A DNA stretch of 64,000 bases from Chiloscyllium plagiosum (Eukaryota), in the NCBI RefSeq assembly GCF_004010195.1, contig NC_057715.1:63906563-63970562 (forward strand). Direction: 5' to 3'. Every line of letters starts with the position of its first letter. Position 1 is the stretch's first letter. Of this stretch, positions 38,415 to 51,683 are shown in pieces. The notes below the pieces were generated by a model, which saw nothing but the letters and a program-made list of their open reading frames with translations, was not told where the DNA came from and made no database searches. The position numbers were made by a program, and so were the translations under genes.

Positions 38415-41384
38415 GTATGTACTATTCAGGGGGAGAAAAATGCTAAGAATTTTCAAAAATATTTGGAATTAATCTAATGGTACAGAAAATCATGTAACTC
38501 TTTCACATCTAAAAATGGACAACAGAATTCTTAAAACATTACAAATATGCTTAACATATAGTGTCGAATAAAAAATATTTGAAACCTCCTGAGCCAGAAT
38601 AAATCAAGTACTGTTAATTAACTGCAAGTAATCTTAGTTTTGGTTCAGTTACATCTAATTTCATCAATCTCCGACTTCCAGTGGTGAGTCACATTAACAA
38701 GGAGTACTTGTCAGGAGCCACTTCTACAAGTATTGTGTCTTGAACTCCAATCAATGCTGCTTTTAAGTGCAGTCCCCTTGATAAGCAAGGAACATTAGTA
38801 AATTTTCTCTACAATGTTTATTTTAGAAAATATTTGAGCAATGTTTTCTCTACAATGTGAAAGCATTCTAAACTGCCTTTTCCTCTGTAAAGTTGATTGC
38901 AGCCAATTAACGTTAGTAACTCTTTTATTTCACATCTATATTATACAAATGTAGTTAGGCTGTATATAGCACCTGAAAGTTATGTGCACTAAAATTAACA
39001 CTCAAAAAGTAATTTTGCGGTTCAGTAAAAACAAGATGTGATTTATTATTTCTGTATTTTTCATTTCAAATTGAATAACAATAAGCCTTTAATAATGCAC
39101 ACCACATTGTTTAACACTAATTACCATCAATTATCACATGATCCTTTGTTAAAGGAGAATGAAAATTGTGGAAAATACCTTTTGTTCACAGTTTTGACTA
39201 GTTATTGAAACAAATTATATGCAGTATATATCCAAAATATAAATGTTTTAGTTGATATTTCTTCATTATTGCAACTGCCAGGTTGAGTCCCTTTTGCTGC
39301 CAGGCAACCCCAAAGATATTATCAATTGCCTCAATTGAAAGCAATAAGAGCCCCACTTTAAGATTAGCCTGAGAGCCATACAAAGCTAATATACACTGGA
39401 TTCTGGGAAAATAAACCATTAATTAGTGAGGGACCATGCTTCTTAACTAGAATGTTCTCACAGATGGGGTCCTCAGATCAGCTCTCTGCTACGTTGGGTT
39501 AAAGATTTTCTTTCATTGCTGTAAAACACGATGATTGTATTACTGTGAAGATGTAAGATCTATTTCATTTAATGTGGAGTCAAGGGATAACATACCTTTA
39601 CTCTAAGAATAGCTATTTAGTATCTGTGGAAGGATGATGTCAGAGTGGTATCAGATCACATAGAACTGGAGTCTGAGATTGTAAATTCCAGAAGATGCTC
39701 TCCCTTATTTTGCTTATTGTTATGTTTAATTTAGCGATGTTGTTCTGATTGTTTTCTTGCTATTGACACAGTAATGTACTTGAATGTGAAGAAAGGTTGA
39801 AATTCCTTGGAAAATCCCAAAATCTATCAATATGGGTTAATTAAAAGAACCATTTACTTAGCTAACTAAAATGATACTTCGAGAAGCCTTCTTTTATTCT
39901 CTAGAGAAACAGGGTCACAAGAATTCTTATCAAGTCAGGTCATGTTGAATCTTATCACTGAATTAAAATGTGTTAACATTGAGGTAACAACATAGTAAAA
40001 TATGTAAAGTTCAAAATGACCATAACTACAGAACTGATTATAGAATCTAAAGTCAGATATGGGCTTGTTACAAAACGTAACTAAAATAAATTTGGCATAT
40101 AGCTGTGTCTTTGAGTAAAAGTAATTTTATCTTTTAGTATCTTCACACAGTAGCCTAAATTCAGATTAGGTGAGCCATAAAAGCAAGTTGTTGTGTTTGT
40201 TTACTTGATCTGAGGTCCCTTCCATGTAGTTCACAGGAATGCATGCATTCAAAGACAAAGGGCCACATGTGTTTTTTATTGTTTTTTTTAAGTGAAACCA
40301 AATATAACAGAGTTAACAACTCACTCACTTTCTAAGTACACAGCCAAACTATTACTATTAATTGGAACATAAACTGAAGCTTACAGCTTACATTAACACT
40401 CCAAAGAATTTAACTTTAAATTCCACATTGGCAGTTTGAGAAGTTAAATATAAAGAAAGGGTACAATTACTAAAAATGAGATTTGCCATAAAGCCTATCA
40501 GGCTCACCAATATCCTTTAGGAAATGAATTCTTCCATCCCTATGATCATACAAAAATATTTTATTCAGGGAGACCCAAACTCTACAGGAAGGAGATTCAT
40601 TCACCCTGACTTGGGGCAGCGAGGCCAAGATCTGCCCTCATTCAGATGAAGATGGATGAAGCACAGAATTCATCTATCTACTTCTGAATGACTGTGGTGC
40701 ACGTTCCTACACATCCACTGCTGTTTTCCTCAACTAAAAGCTCCCATGAGCTCTGCCCTTAGCAGGATATGCCAACAATGTGAAACAAGTTGCCTGATAG
40801 TTCTTAAAGACAGACTGTCATTTAACAGGAAGATGGGAAAAGTTGTGCTGCAATGGAAGTTTTTGCAATTGAGTGCTAGGGCACAATGTGGCACTGGGTG
40901 CTTTAGTAGTGCAGCTGGGAAGAAAGGCCGGGGACATCTGGGCCACCCTCATAAGGAAAGAGAGCAGGTGAATGATAGGTCAACTTGTGGAGTCTAGACC
41001 CAAGGACATAGCAATAGTGCCATGTGGTAGTCTAATGACAGTAGATGGTGGTCAAGGTCAGGGATGACATTTTGACATGACTTATCCTACATACCACAAA
41101 CGTATTGTGTCACGCAGTTCAGTGCACAACAGCACCATCATTTAGCCAGCCACACTTCTTGGCACTCAGGACTCATGCCTAACTATCAGACACTCCATCT
41201 TACTCTCTCACGTTGCCAACCTTGTATCCCTCTTTTATTGCCTCCATATATCTCCAAATTAAGCCATGGCTAATATATCACCAAAATACAGGGTTAAACA
41301 ATTCATGGCTCCTCAAGATATTTTTTAAAAGACACATCTTTTAAAAAAGTTTTTTCATTTTTGTGTATAATAGTGACCTGCTAA

Positions 41385-41564
<180 letters not shown>

Positions 41565-42334
41565 TAGGAGAACATTAATTGACTGGAAGGTGTAATAATG
41601 ATGGAGAAAATTCCTTTGGGTGTTACATCTAATAAACATCATAAGCAGGTAGAATTTTTACAGTTAAGATATTTCCAGTGAAGTTGCATACCAATTATTT
41701 TAATAGTTTTTCAAAGTTTTTGAATTTGGTAGAAATGCTGAACAGAGGGAAACTATGCTCACAATATCCATAACACAGAGACCAGAATACATCCTATGCC
41801 CGGTGATTCATGATAAAATAATTATTAATAATATTGAAATTATTCAAAATATGGGGTCAAAATAACCAAAAATCTCCAAATACATCTAATTACAGTTGAA
41901 ATAAGCAAGTCTGTAACTAAAAATGTTAAGGAATATTCACTTTGCAAAGTAAGTAGCAACAAAACCACACTGCCAACTTCCAGTGTAGCAGATATCATTG
42001 TAGATGCAAAATTGAATGTTAGAGGTACATAACACAGAGTTAGTTGTGCAGCAAACTGACTGTGTCTTGTCCTCTGATGTTCAAGGACACCTGATTCTCA
42101 GCAGTTGGTTTTTTTTCAAGGTTGCTTATCAGTAGATGTAACCTGGTGAAATTGCTTGACTTAACCAGAGCATGGGAAGGCATCAGTCATGTTAAATGTT
42201 TTTTAGTAACTTGTTATTTACAATATTTTTTGGATTATTTTCCTCTTTGTTTTTCTTGTCATAGACTATGTGTTGGTATCTGTGCAGAAAGCAACTTTGC
42301 ACAGTGGAATGCAATTTGCCTTTAGTCAAGGAGC

Positions 42335-42540
42335 ATTCAGCACTAGTTAGCTCAGTTGGCTGGATGGTTGGTATGTGATGCTGATAGAACGGGTTCAATT
42401 CCCAAACCAGCTGAGATCACCAGAAGCCCTGCTTTCTCAACTTGACTCTGAGGCTTGGGGGCCCACAGGTTAAGCCCACTACCAGTCATCTCTCTCCAGT
42501 GAGAGAGCAGCCTCAGAGACTGTGGCAACATTAATAACTT
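42335..42540 (+). mobile_element. tRNA-derived SINE (different family)
   Basis: A box tagctcagttgg and B box gggttcaattccc followed by a non-tRNA body. Confidence 0.6.
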
Positions 42541-42799
42541 CTGAGCCTTCAAAACAAAAGAATATGCTCTTTCTATGTTGCCTTCCATATCTGCCAACTG
42601 AATGGAGTTATCGACTTGAATGATAGGTAGTGCTGGAATTAAAACTCATGGCTTCTGACTATAAAACAATCAATAAATCACTTGAGTTGATAGGATAATT
42701 TATGATTTGTATAATGATTCCAGAACCCAAGTTAAATGCATATTCAGTCTTATTTTCATTGAATTTTCTTTTCATTGATATTTTACAAAATTACTCCAG

Positions 42800-42884
42800 C
42801 TATGCAGAAGTTCGAGCACAGCGTCGAAAAGACATCTGTTTGGATGATAGCTGTACAGAAGTTGTTGGTTCTTCATTGCTTAAG
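42800..42884 (+). CDS. NPAS2: NPAS2 exon (~12)
   Basis: tccag|...AAG|gtaata, 85 nt; YAEVRAQRRKDICLDDSCTEVVGSSLLK. Confidence 0.94.
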
Positions 42885-43101
42885 GTAATAAGAAAGATTC
42901 GTCTATTCACATTTCTGGGAATGCTTTAAATGCCTGTTATTGCGAAAGATTCTGTAGCCATTTATTAAGGCTAATGTTAAGAAATTTAATATTATTTGCG
43001 AACGTATTGAAAACAATCACAGTTAATCTTGCAGGTGGTGCAATGGAAAATAACAATTTGCTCATACCTGTCATACATTCTACTGTTATTGTTCTGTACA
43101 G

Positions 43102-43222
43102 GGACATGACTTAAGAATTGATACACAGCAGCACGTTGAAGTGCTCCCTGGCACTCCATCACCTTCTTCTTCATCTCGGAGTTCACACAAATCATCTCAT
43201 ACCTCGGTGTCAGAATCTGCAT
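43102..43222 (+). CDS. NPAS2: NPAS2 exon (~13), Ser-rich
   Basis: tacag|...T|gtaggt, 121 nt; GHDLRIDTQQHVEVLPGTPSPSSSSRSSHKSSHTSVSESA (conserved SSRSSHKSSHT motif). Confidence 0.92.
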
Positions 43223-43502
43223 GTAGGTGTCTTTATTTTCATGTTAACTTTGGAAAGCTTATGAGATAAGTTTTCCATTTTGCTGCATTAGCTTTGGAAA
43301 ATATCCATAAAGTAAAATTCGCAAAATGCTTCAAATAGATGATCATGATGTTTCTCTTACATTGATTTTTTTCCTCATTAATTAGTTAATTTCAACAATC
43401 AATGTATTAATCTGGTTCTGCTCATTTAGAAATTGTGTGTTGTAGCTTGTAGAAATTGTGACTATCCTATAAATTAAACCCAATGTCAAATTTCTTTCTC
43501 AG

Positions 43503-43609
43503 CAACACAAAGCAAACTACTTTCAGAGATCAGTGCTCCATCCTTGCAGGCAAAAGCAGCAGTACAACAAGATGTAGGAATTCAGCAGCATCCACCCAGC
43601 AGCAACCAG
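43503..43609 (+). CDS. NPAS2: NPAS2 exon (~14)
   Basis: ctcag|...CAG|gtagag, 107 nt, phases fit neighbours; (S)TQSKLLSEISAPSLQAKAAVQQDVGIQQHPPSSNQ. Confidence 0.85.
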
Positions 43610-44722
43610 GTAGAGATTTGCTTAATGTAATCACTCAACATGCTGATAAATTATTGTTTTCAGAAAGCATTTAAGAAAGTACTGATAAGTAATGAAGTAA
43701 TCCATTGTCACCAGAAGCAATCATTTTAAAATGACCAAATTTAAATTGCTGGAGTGATAGAAGAATTTGCACAATTAGAGATGTTTTGCTGAATTCATGG
43801 TTAAAAGTGTATCCGAACCTTCATGGACTGAGAACTTTTTTTTTTGACATTATCTTTGGCGCCAGGAGAAGGACTGTTAGATTACACAAGAAAAGTTTAA
43901 ATATCTCTTTTTATTTGTTTGGCGAAAGCCTCCTACAAACTCCCACCTCATAATTTAGACAAATGAAACCAACTCCTTTTTTTTGCTACTTGCCAGTTAT
44001 CTCATGCCACTTGACATCTGTACTCCCACCCAGCAGATGCTACTGGATTTGGGCCGCCAACTAACACAGATGATGTCTGGAATTTAAAATGTCCCTGGCT
44101 ACATTCTGAAAAATAAGTGGAGTTTGCTGATCACCACTGCCTTCACCCACCTAATTCCCACCACAAGTTGAAATCAGGGCGTAATTTTAAAACTTTTCTC
44201 AGAGTATCTTTGGAACTTACTACTTCAAAAGGCAGTGGAAGCAAAGTCTTTCAATAGGCAGTGGAAGAAAAATTCATGATAAACAAGTGGGCAGAAGAGT
44301 ATTGGGATAGGTAGCAGTGTGAAGAAATCAGAGCAGCCATGATCATAGTGATTAATGCAAGAGGATTAAAGGCCAAGTGCCTCCAAATTCGCATATTTGC
44401 ATAGAAGTTCATACATATCGAATTACACAGGCACAATGTAATTACATAACGTGAAATAAAAATGATTGTGGTTTCAGAATAATGAGATTATAAAACTAAA
44501 CTGTTGTTATTTGAAAATAATGAATCTTTTATTTTCTGTATTAATTTCTGTTCCAGAAATCTTATATTTTTCTGTCAGTTCATAAATAATTATTTCAGAT
44601 TCATGACCTGCCAATTTACATTTTCCCATTGTTCCTGCAAACTACACACTGCGCTTGACACAAATTGGTTTCTATGGAAATTCTTCACTATACTGGATGA
44701 AATAGGTGAATGCTGTTATAGT

Positions 44723-45882
44723 CGAAAATGTGTTGCTGGAAAAGCGCAGCAGGTCAGGCAGCATCCAAGGAGCAGGGGAATCGACGTTTCGGGCATGAGC
44801 CCTTCTTCAGGAATGAGGAAAGTGTGTCCAGCAGGCTAAGATAAAAGGTAGGGAGGAGGGACTTGGGGGAGGGGCGTTGGAAATGCGATAGATGTTTCAG
44901 AGAATACCTCTGGGACACCCGGACCAACCAACCCAACCACCCCGTGGCTCAACACTTCAACTCCCCNNNNNNNNNNNNNNNNNNNNNNNNNNNNNNNNNN
45001 NNNNNNNNNNNNNNNNNNNNNNNNNNNNNNNNNNNNNNNNNNNNNNNNNNNNNNNNNNNNNNNNNNNNNNNNNNNNNNNNNNNNNNNNNNNNNNNNNNNN
45101 NNNNNNNNNNNNNNNNNNNNNNNNNNNNNNNNNNNNNNNNNNNNNNNNNNNNNNNNNNNNNNNNNNNNNNNNNNNNNNNNNNNNNNNNNNNNNNNNNNNN
45201 NNNNNNNNNNNNNNNNNNNNNNNNNNNNNNNNNNNNNNNNNNNNNNNNNNNNNNNNNNNNNNNNNNNNNNNNNNNNNNNNNNNNNNNNNNNNNNNNNNNN
45301 NNNNNNNNNNNNNNNNNNNNNNNNNNNNNNNNNNNNNNNNNNNNNNNNNNNNNNNNNNNNNNNNNNNNNNNNNNNNNNNNNNNNNNNNNNNNNNNNNNNN
45401 NNNNNNNNTGGTGGAAATGACGGCGGATGATACGTTGTATATGGAGGTTGGTAGGGTGGTAGGTGAGGACTAGTGGGGTTCTGTCCTGGTGGCGGTTGGA
45501 GGGGCGGGGCTCAAGGGCGGAGGAGCGGGAAGTGGAGGAGATGCGGTGGAGGGCATCGTCGATCACGTCTGGGGGAAATTGCGGTCTTTGAAGAAGGAGG
45601 CCCTCTGGGTGGTATGGTATTGGAACTGGTCCTCCTGGGAGCAGATGCGGCAGAGACAAAGTAATTGGGAATATGGGATGGCGTTTTTACAGGGGGCAGG
45701 GTGGGAGGAGGTGTAGTCTAGGTAGCTGTGGGAGTCGGTTGATTCGGTCGCCCGAGATAGAAATGGCTCATGCCCGAAACGTCGATTCTCCTGCTCCTTG
45801 GATGTTGCCTGACCTGCTGCGCTTTTCCAGCAACACATTTTCGGCTCTGATCTCCAGCATTTGCAGTCCTCACTTTCTCCTC
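44723..45882. mobile_element. Rearranged PLE family B element (Neptune-like) spanning an assembly gap
   Basis: Inverted family B ends. Minus-strand RT C-terminal YLDYTSSHP..CKNAIPYSQ..RICS and PLVLTYHP; plus-strand GIY-YIG-like FREYL...PVAQHFNS. TSD gaatgctgttat(a/c)gt (44708-44722, 45883-45897). Intact antisense hammerhead at 44779-44814. Confidence 0.85.
44967..45408. other. Assembly gap (442 N)
   Basis: Run of n characters. Confidence 1.
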
Positions 45883-45944
45883 GAATGCTGTTATCGTGGC
45901 TTGCTCTAGTCCAATTTGGTCATTTCTTGTTCAATTTTCTTTTC

Positions 45945-46290
45945 TTTATTCATTCACGGGATGTTGGTATCATTAGCTAAGTAGGATTTATTGCTCATCA
46001 CTAATTGCCCAAAGGGCACTTAAGAGTCAACCATATTGCTGTGGGTCTGGAGTCACATGTAGACCAAATCAAGTAAGAACAACAATTTCCTTCCCTTAAG
46101 GACATTAGGGAAGCAGATGCGTTTTTCCTACAAACCGCAATGGATTCATGGTCATCATTAGACTTTTAATTCCAGGTTTTTTAACTAAATTCAAATTCCA
46201 CCATCTGCCATGGCAAGATATGAACCTGGGTCCCCAGAACATTACCTAGGTCTCCAGGTTAACAGTCCAGAGAGAATACCAACTAACTGT
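45945..46290 (-). mobile_element. SacSINE1-like DeuSINE
   Basis: Deu-domain-like taagagtcaaccatattgctgtgggtctggagtcacatgtag...tccttcccttaaggacattag; tRNA-like head at the right end. Confidence 0.75.
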
Positions 46291-46306
46291 AACCTTTCTT
46301 TTGTAG

Positions 46307-46396
46307 TCCTTAATATCGGAGCCATCTATTGATCTACTATCACAGGGGTTGATGCCCCAGGCTACTGTGGTTAGTCAGCCTGCATCAATGGCACAG
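46307..46396 (+). CDS. NPAS2: NPAS2 exon (~15)
   Basis: ttttgtag|...CAG|gttaga, 90 nt; SLISEPSIDLLSQGLMPQATVVSQPASMAQ (ends MAQ as recalled for human). Confidence 0.87.
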
Positions 46397-48233
46397 GTTA
46401 GAATATAAATAACTTCCTTTATTTTTATGATTATCTTTTCTTCCATTTCCCTAAAATCTGGTTTAGAATCTTCAAACAAATTGACAAACAAGACAGACAG
46501 GAATTAACAAAGCATGTCTAATGATACTTTCAAATTTAGGATTTTAATAAATATTTGTTTGATATTTTTTGTTTGCTCTATTCTCTGCCTTGACTTTGTT
46601 ATTGTGAGAGTGTGTAAGTAATGTCCTTCCTGTCTCTTCCAGAGATTTTATTTTGCCACCTATCAGTTATTAAGTTCTGTGACTTTTTTGAGTTTATTTC
46701 TTCAATTCCTGTGTGGATTACCTAACCTGTATGTGGACAGGATCCTAAATGTCCTATTTTAAAATGTGATTGCACTTAGTGGCGTATCACAATGGAATAC
46801 CAGTACACCTTTAATTTTCTGTTTCAATTTTCTCTTTAAAAAGTCTGTATTTGCTGGAGTTCCTTATTTGCAGACTTATTTGGACTTAAAGAAATCCAAA
46901 ATGGTATTTTTTTGAGACTATTGACTGCAAGTTTGTATCCTTTCGGTAGGGACTGGCCAATTGTTTTCCTGTTGTTAAGTTCCATAAGGGTTGGGGAAGA
47001 ATACTTCCGAGAATACCTCACTGGGTGACAGTGAGGGGGACAGGGAGGAAGCAGCCAGTGCAGGGACCCCCTGCGGCTGTTCCCCTCAATAAATCTTCTA
47101 TTCTATAAATCTATAAACCATGCCATTCACAAATAAGATCATTTAAACTAGTTAGACAGTTCATGGAGAGCTCACAGATTAACATTTTGCGTAACCTGCA
47201 CACTGGGCCGTGCAGAACAGGTGCTTGGAGAGAGCAACATAGCAGCGGTTATGCCCATCCCATGATATTTGGTGGGTCCCATGGGAGGGAGAATCGCCCG
47301 GAGACAGTGGCAAATAGGTGCTATCACTGTGCACACATTGTAGGGACAGTGATGACTACTCACTCAGGCAATGAAGGGAACATCACACCCCTAGTATCAT
47401 AAGCAGAAAAGATCAGGAAACAGGCTTCCAGACTCAATTGCCTCAACCATTGAAGAAATTTGTCACAACTTACCTTCGATGCAAAGGATGGGAACTGGTG
47501 AATGAATTTGGTGAAAGCACCAGTTTTCTGAAGGACATCATTTGAAAGGCAGAGGTGGTTGTGTGTATCATTTGGTATTTTTGGTGCTCTGGAAGAATAT
47601 TAAAGCAAAGAGCATAGATGGCCGATGAGTGAATATGATAGCGGATAACCTATTGTCTCTGGATGTGGAGATATAATTGAAGAAGCCATCTCAAACCATG
47701 AATTAGTTTCTAGTGACACTGCTAGAGAGAGCTCATCAGACAAACCTGAAGCTGAACAAGGAAACATTGCAAGAGAAGATGGCTGTAATCAAGTGCATCG
47801 TTAATATACTGATAGCGAAAGAACTTTGTCCTGATCCTTATTAAGTGTGAGTTGCAGAGAGATGCAGCAACAAACAGATGTGAAGGTAGTTAAATCATTT
47901 GAAAGATCTTAGATAACTAAATTCTTGCACAATTTGCTGTCAAAGTGTGAACTTTTCTCAGAAGTTCAATGCAAAGGATTTGGGCAAATGATCAAGAAAT
48001 GATCCTTAAGTTGGTTTCCTGATTTTGAAAGGATAATCTGCCCTGTTTTCCATCATTGTATTTATGCAACTCTGAATGGTAGAAACTTTAATTAACTATG
48101 AATAGTTCTGAAACAAAAATCTTGTGGATGCTGCATTTAGGTTGATAATTGCATTTAGCCATGACTGTTCATACTAAACTGTAGCGAATTTACTGTTCAG
48201 CATTTGTAAAAATACCTGTTGTTATACGTCCAG

Positions 48234-48380
48234 TTCCCAGCACAGTTTGACGTGATTCAGTCTCTAAAGGATCAGCTTGAACAACGTACACGCATTCTGC
48301 AAGCAAATATCACATGGCAGCAAGAAGAACTCCAAAAAATTCAGGAGCAACTTTGCATGGTGGATGACTCAAATTTACAG
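48234..48380 (+). CDS. NPAS2: NPAS2 exon (~16), CLOCK-exon-19-like coiled coil
   Basis: tccag|...CAG|gtaaga, 147 nt; [49 protein letters not shown]. Confidence 0.96.
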
Positions 48381-48871
48381 GTAAGAGTACAGAATGAATT
48401 CTTGAAATGTATTGGCAAATCAGTAATAGATTGGAAGCTTCAGGGTTTAAGTTTATGATCAAAAGGTATTCAGGCCTTTCCTATTCAAGATCCATTTTTT
48501 GTCCAAATTCTGAAAAACAAAGTAAAATAACATTAATAACTATTTGAAAGTCAGAACAGAATAATTTCCCTGTGAGTGGAGCTTCTCAGGTGCTTCAGCA
48601 TCCGTTGAAAATAATGAAGACTGAAAAATTATTGCATAAACTGCCAAATGAACTGTCAGGAAGTATGACCCTGACTTTCTGAGAGTTTGACCTTGAACAC
48701 CTAGCTATCGGAATACAGGCTTCATGCTGGAACCTCAGATTAATTGGTGCAGTTGTATTTATGCAGGTAAAGGTCAGATATCATTAAGATTTGGTGTGTT
48801 CTAAGCCATCTGAAAGTCACACTCAGGATGTTTTCAGTAAATTGCCAGCAAAATATTGCCCAGACCTTTAG

Positions 48872-49650
48872 AGGGCTGATGCGTGGCAAGTAATATTTCT
48901 ACCATACAAATATCGGGCAACAACCATTTTAAGTAAGAGACAATCTGACCAGCACCCCTTGACATTCTATGGTGTTATCATCCCCCGCTATCAACATCCT
49001 TGAGGTTATCATCGACCAGAAACTCAACTGGACTTGCCACATAAATACAGTGGCTACAAGAGAAGACCAGAGGCTAGGAATCCTGCAGTGAGTATTTCAC
49101 CTAGCGACTCTTCAAAGTCAATCCACCATCCACAAGGCACAAGTCAGAACTGTGTTAGAATACTCCCCACTTACCTGGATGGGTGCAGCTCCAACAACAC
49201 ACCGCACCATTCAGAACACGCAGTGCATTTGATTGATACCACATCCACAAGCATCCACTTGCTCCACCACTGACACTCAGTAGCAGCAGTGTGTACTATC
49301 TGTGAGATGTATTGCAGAAATTCATTATAGACTGTTAGGCAGCACCTTCCAAAGCCCACAGCCACTTTCATCTAAAAGGATAAGGGCAGTTTTTACATGG
49401 GAAAATCACCACTTGCAAGTTCCCCTCCAAGCCACTCACCTTCCTGACTTGGAAACAGATCATTATTCCTTCACTGTCTCTGGGTCAAAAACCTGGAATT
49501 CCCTCCCTAAGGGCATTGTGGGTTAACCTTCAGCATGTGGACTGCAATAGTTCAAAATGGCAGCTCACCACCGCCTTCTGAAGGGCAACTAGGGATGGAC
49601 AATAAATGCTGGCTAGCCAGCAACACCCATATCCCACAAATGAATAAAAC
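48872..49650 (+). mobile_element. CR1/L2-group LINE 3' fragment
   Basis: ADAWQVIF, INILEVIIDQKLNWTCHI, TIHKAQVRTVLEYSPLTW; 3' tail related to the DeuSINE tail. Confidence 0.75.
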
Positions 49651-49654
49651 AAAC

Positions 49655-50130
49655 ATTTTGCTGAAACTAAACAAGACACTAGTTAGACCACACCTGGAAT
49701 ACCATGAACAGTTTTGGTTCCCTTTGTAAGGAAACATATATTGACATTAGAGGCAATCCAGAGTAGTCACCCTAGGCTGATCCTGCGTACATACGATTGT
49801 CTTATGAGGAGAGGTTGAGTGGCTTAGACCTGTACTCATTGGAGTTTAGAAGAATGAGAGAAGACCTGACTGAAACATACCAAATTGTTTTGGGATTTGA
49901 CAGGAGAGATTTGGAGAGGTTCCTTCCCCTTGTGGGAGAGTTGAGGCAAGAGGGCATAAACTCAGATTAGGGAGTTGCCCAATTAGAACATAGGTGAGGA
50001 GGAATTTCATTTCTCAGAAGGTGATGAACTGTAAATTTCATTATTGTGGAGGGCTATATAGGCTATGTTGCTAAGTATATTCACAGCTAAGGTAGAGAGA
50101 CTTGTAATCAGCAAGAGAATCAAGGCTCTT
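49655..50130 (+). mobile_element. CR1 LINE 3' fragment
   Basis: KLNKTLVRPHLEYHEQFW, LYSLEFRRMREDLTETY. Confidence 0.85.
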
Positions 50131-50276
50131 AGTCATTTTCTGCCACTTTTTATATTCCGGCCAATCATCTTTGTGTGATTATATGATTTTTTTTCCTGCA
50201 GTTTTCTTAACTTCTTGTTAGCTCCTTAACTTCCTCCCCTTTGAAATTTTCTTCGCAGCAGGAATACTTTTCCTTT

Positions 50277-50735
50277 GTTCTATCATGGGATGTGGGTGTC
50301 ACTGTAAATGCCAGCATTTTTTACCTTTCCCTGATTGTCCTTGAACTAAGTGACCTATTGGCCCAATTGAGAGGACAGTTAAAAGTTGACCACATTGTGG
50401 GTTCGGAGTCACATGTAGGTCAGACGGGATAAGGATGACATATTTGCTTCCCCAGGACATTCGTTAACTGGACGGGCTTTTTTCCCAGCAGTCATCCTTG
50501 ATTACATGGTCACCATTAGGCTAATTTGTTTTAATTCCCAGATTTTGTTGAATTTGGATTTGACCATCTGTCCCCCTTGAGTTTTTTTATTCTCTTGCAG
50601 GATGTGGATGTTATTGGCTGGGCAGAATGTTACTTATCCCTAGTTGCCCTTGAGGAGTTGGTGAGGAACATTAGTCTGGAACTCTGGATTACTAGTCCAG
50701 AGTACACTAGTATATTGCCAGTATGCCATCACCTT
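50277..50735 (-). mobile_element. SacSINE1-like DeuSINE pieces
   Basis: Similar to 45945-46290 (ggagtcacatgtagg, ctctggattactagtccag). Confidence 0.65.
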
Positions 50736-51462
50736 CACTGAAATATCCACTGCATCTGCTTTTCGACGGATGTATCCCCTAGCCTAGTGTCCCAATTCAC
50801 TTCAGATAGATCAGTTTTCATGCCTGCAGTGTTTCCCATATTATTTATCCTGACCTCCCAATCAAGAGATTTGAATTTGAAATTTCAAAATAAATTAATC
50901 TATATTCAATCTCTGAACTCAACTTACCCCTCTGTTGTCATAGGGATGGGTAAATCAGAGTGGATCCTTGAAAAGGAATTAGGGAAATTGTCTACTGGAA
51001 TTTTCCAGAAAGTTTTGGGGTTTGGAACTTTGTAAATTTGTAAACCCTGAGTTCAGCAGGCAGATGAAGTTAACCTCCCCTATGAGCAGAAAAGGAACAA
51101 TTGATGTGAAGCAGAGGGCTGTTAGGCTGTTTCTGAACTGGAGTTCTCAGTAAGAATAAAGTGAAGCCTTAAGTTGGAGCTGAGAAATCTGTGGTCATCA
51201 GATTGGAAAAAATTTGGACGATTGTTTCACTGAAAGCGAGTGGAAGGATCCCCATGAGATTTCATTCCTTAGAGAATATCAAGAATACTGAGAAGAAAAA
51301 AAAATCAGATGGAACTTTGGAGAACTGAGGCTGACATTTGAGTTAATCCCAGGAAAGGTTTCTGGCTTCTTATTAAGCTTTTGTAGGTTCAAAAGCTTTT
51401 AAGGGGGAGTTGCAAGGAAAAAGGGAAGGTTCAGTTGAGAATATTAGACAAAAGCAAATGTG

Positions 51463-51683
51463 ATTGTGCTTTATTATCTACCATACTCATCCAGACAAGT
51501 AAAGAGTATTCTATCTCACTCCTGATGTGTGCCTTGTGATACATGTAATTTCTTCAACAAAAACTTTCAGCTCGGCGAACAGAACCACAGCATTGTGCTT
51601 TATTATCTACCATACTCATCCAGACAAGTAAAGAGTATTCTATCTCACTCCTGATGTGTGCCTTGTGATACATGTAATTTCTT
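51463..51683 (+). repeat. Perfect 92-bp direct duplication enclosing a 37-bp PLE family A fragment
   Basis: 51463-51554 is identical to 51592-51683; insert 51555-51591 matches 1353-1389 at 36/37. Confidence 0.95.

Noticed and set aside
44863-45659. Long ORFs of 185-236 aa in the ORF track
   Set aside because: Artefacts of translating through the N gap.
51463-51683. CRISPR-like repeat-spacer-repeat
   Set aside because: Eukaryotic intron, only two 92-bp repeats, and the spacer is a PLE fragment.
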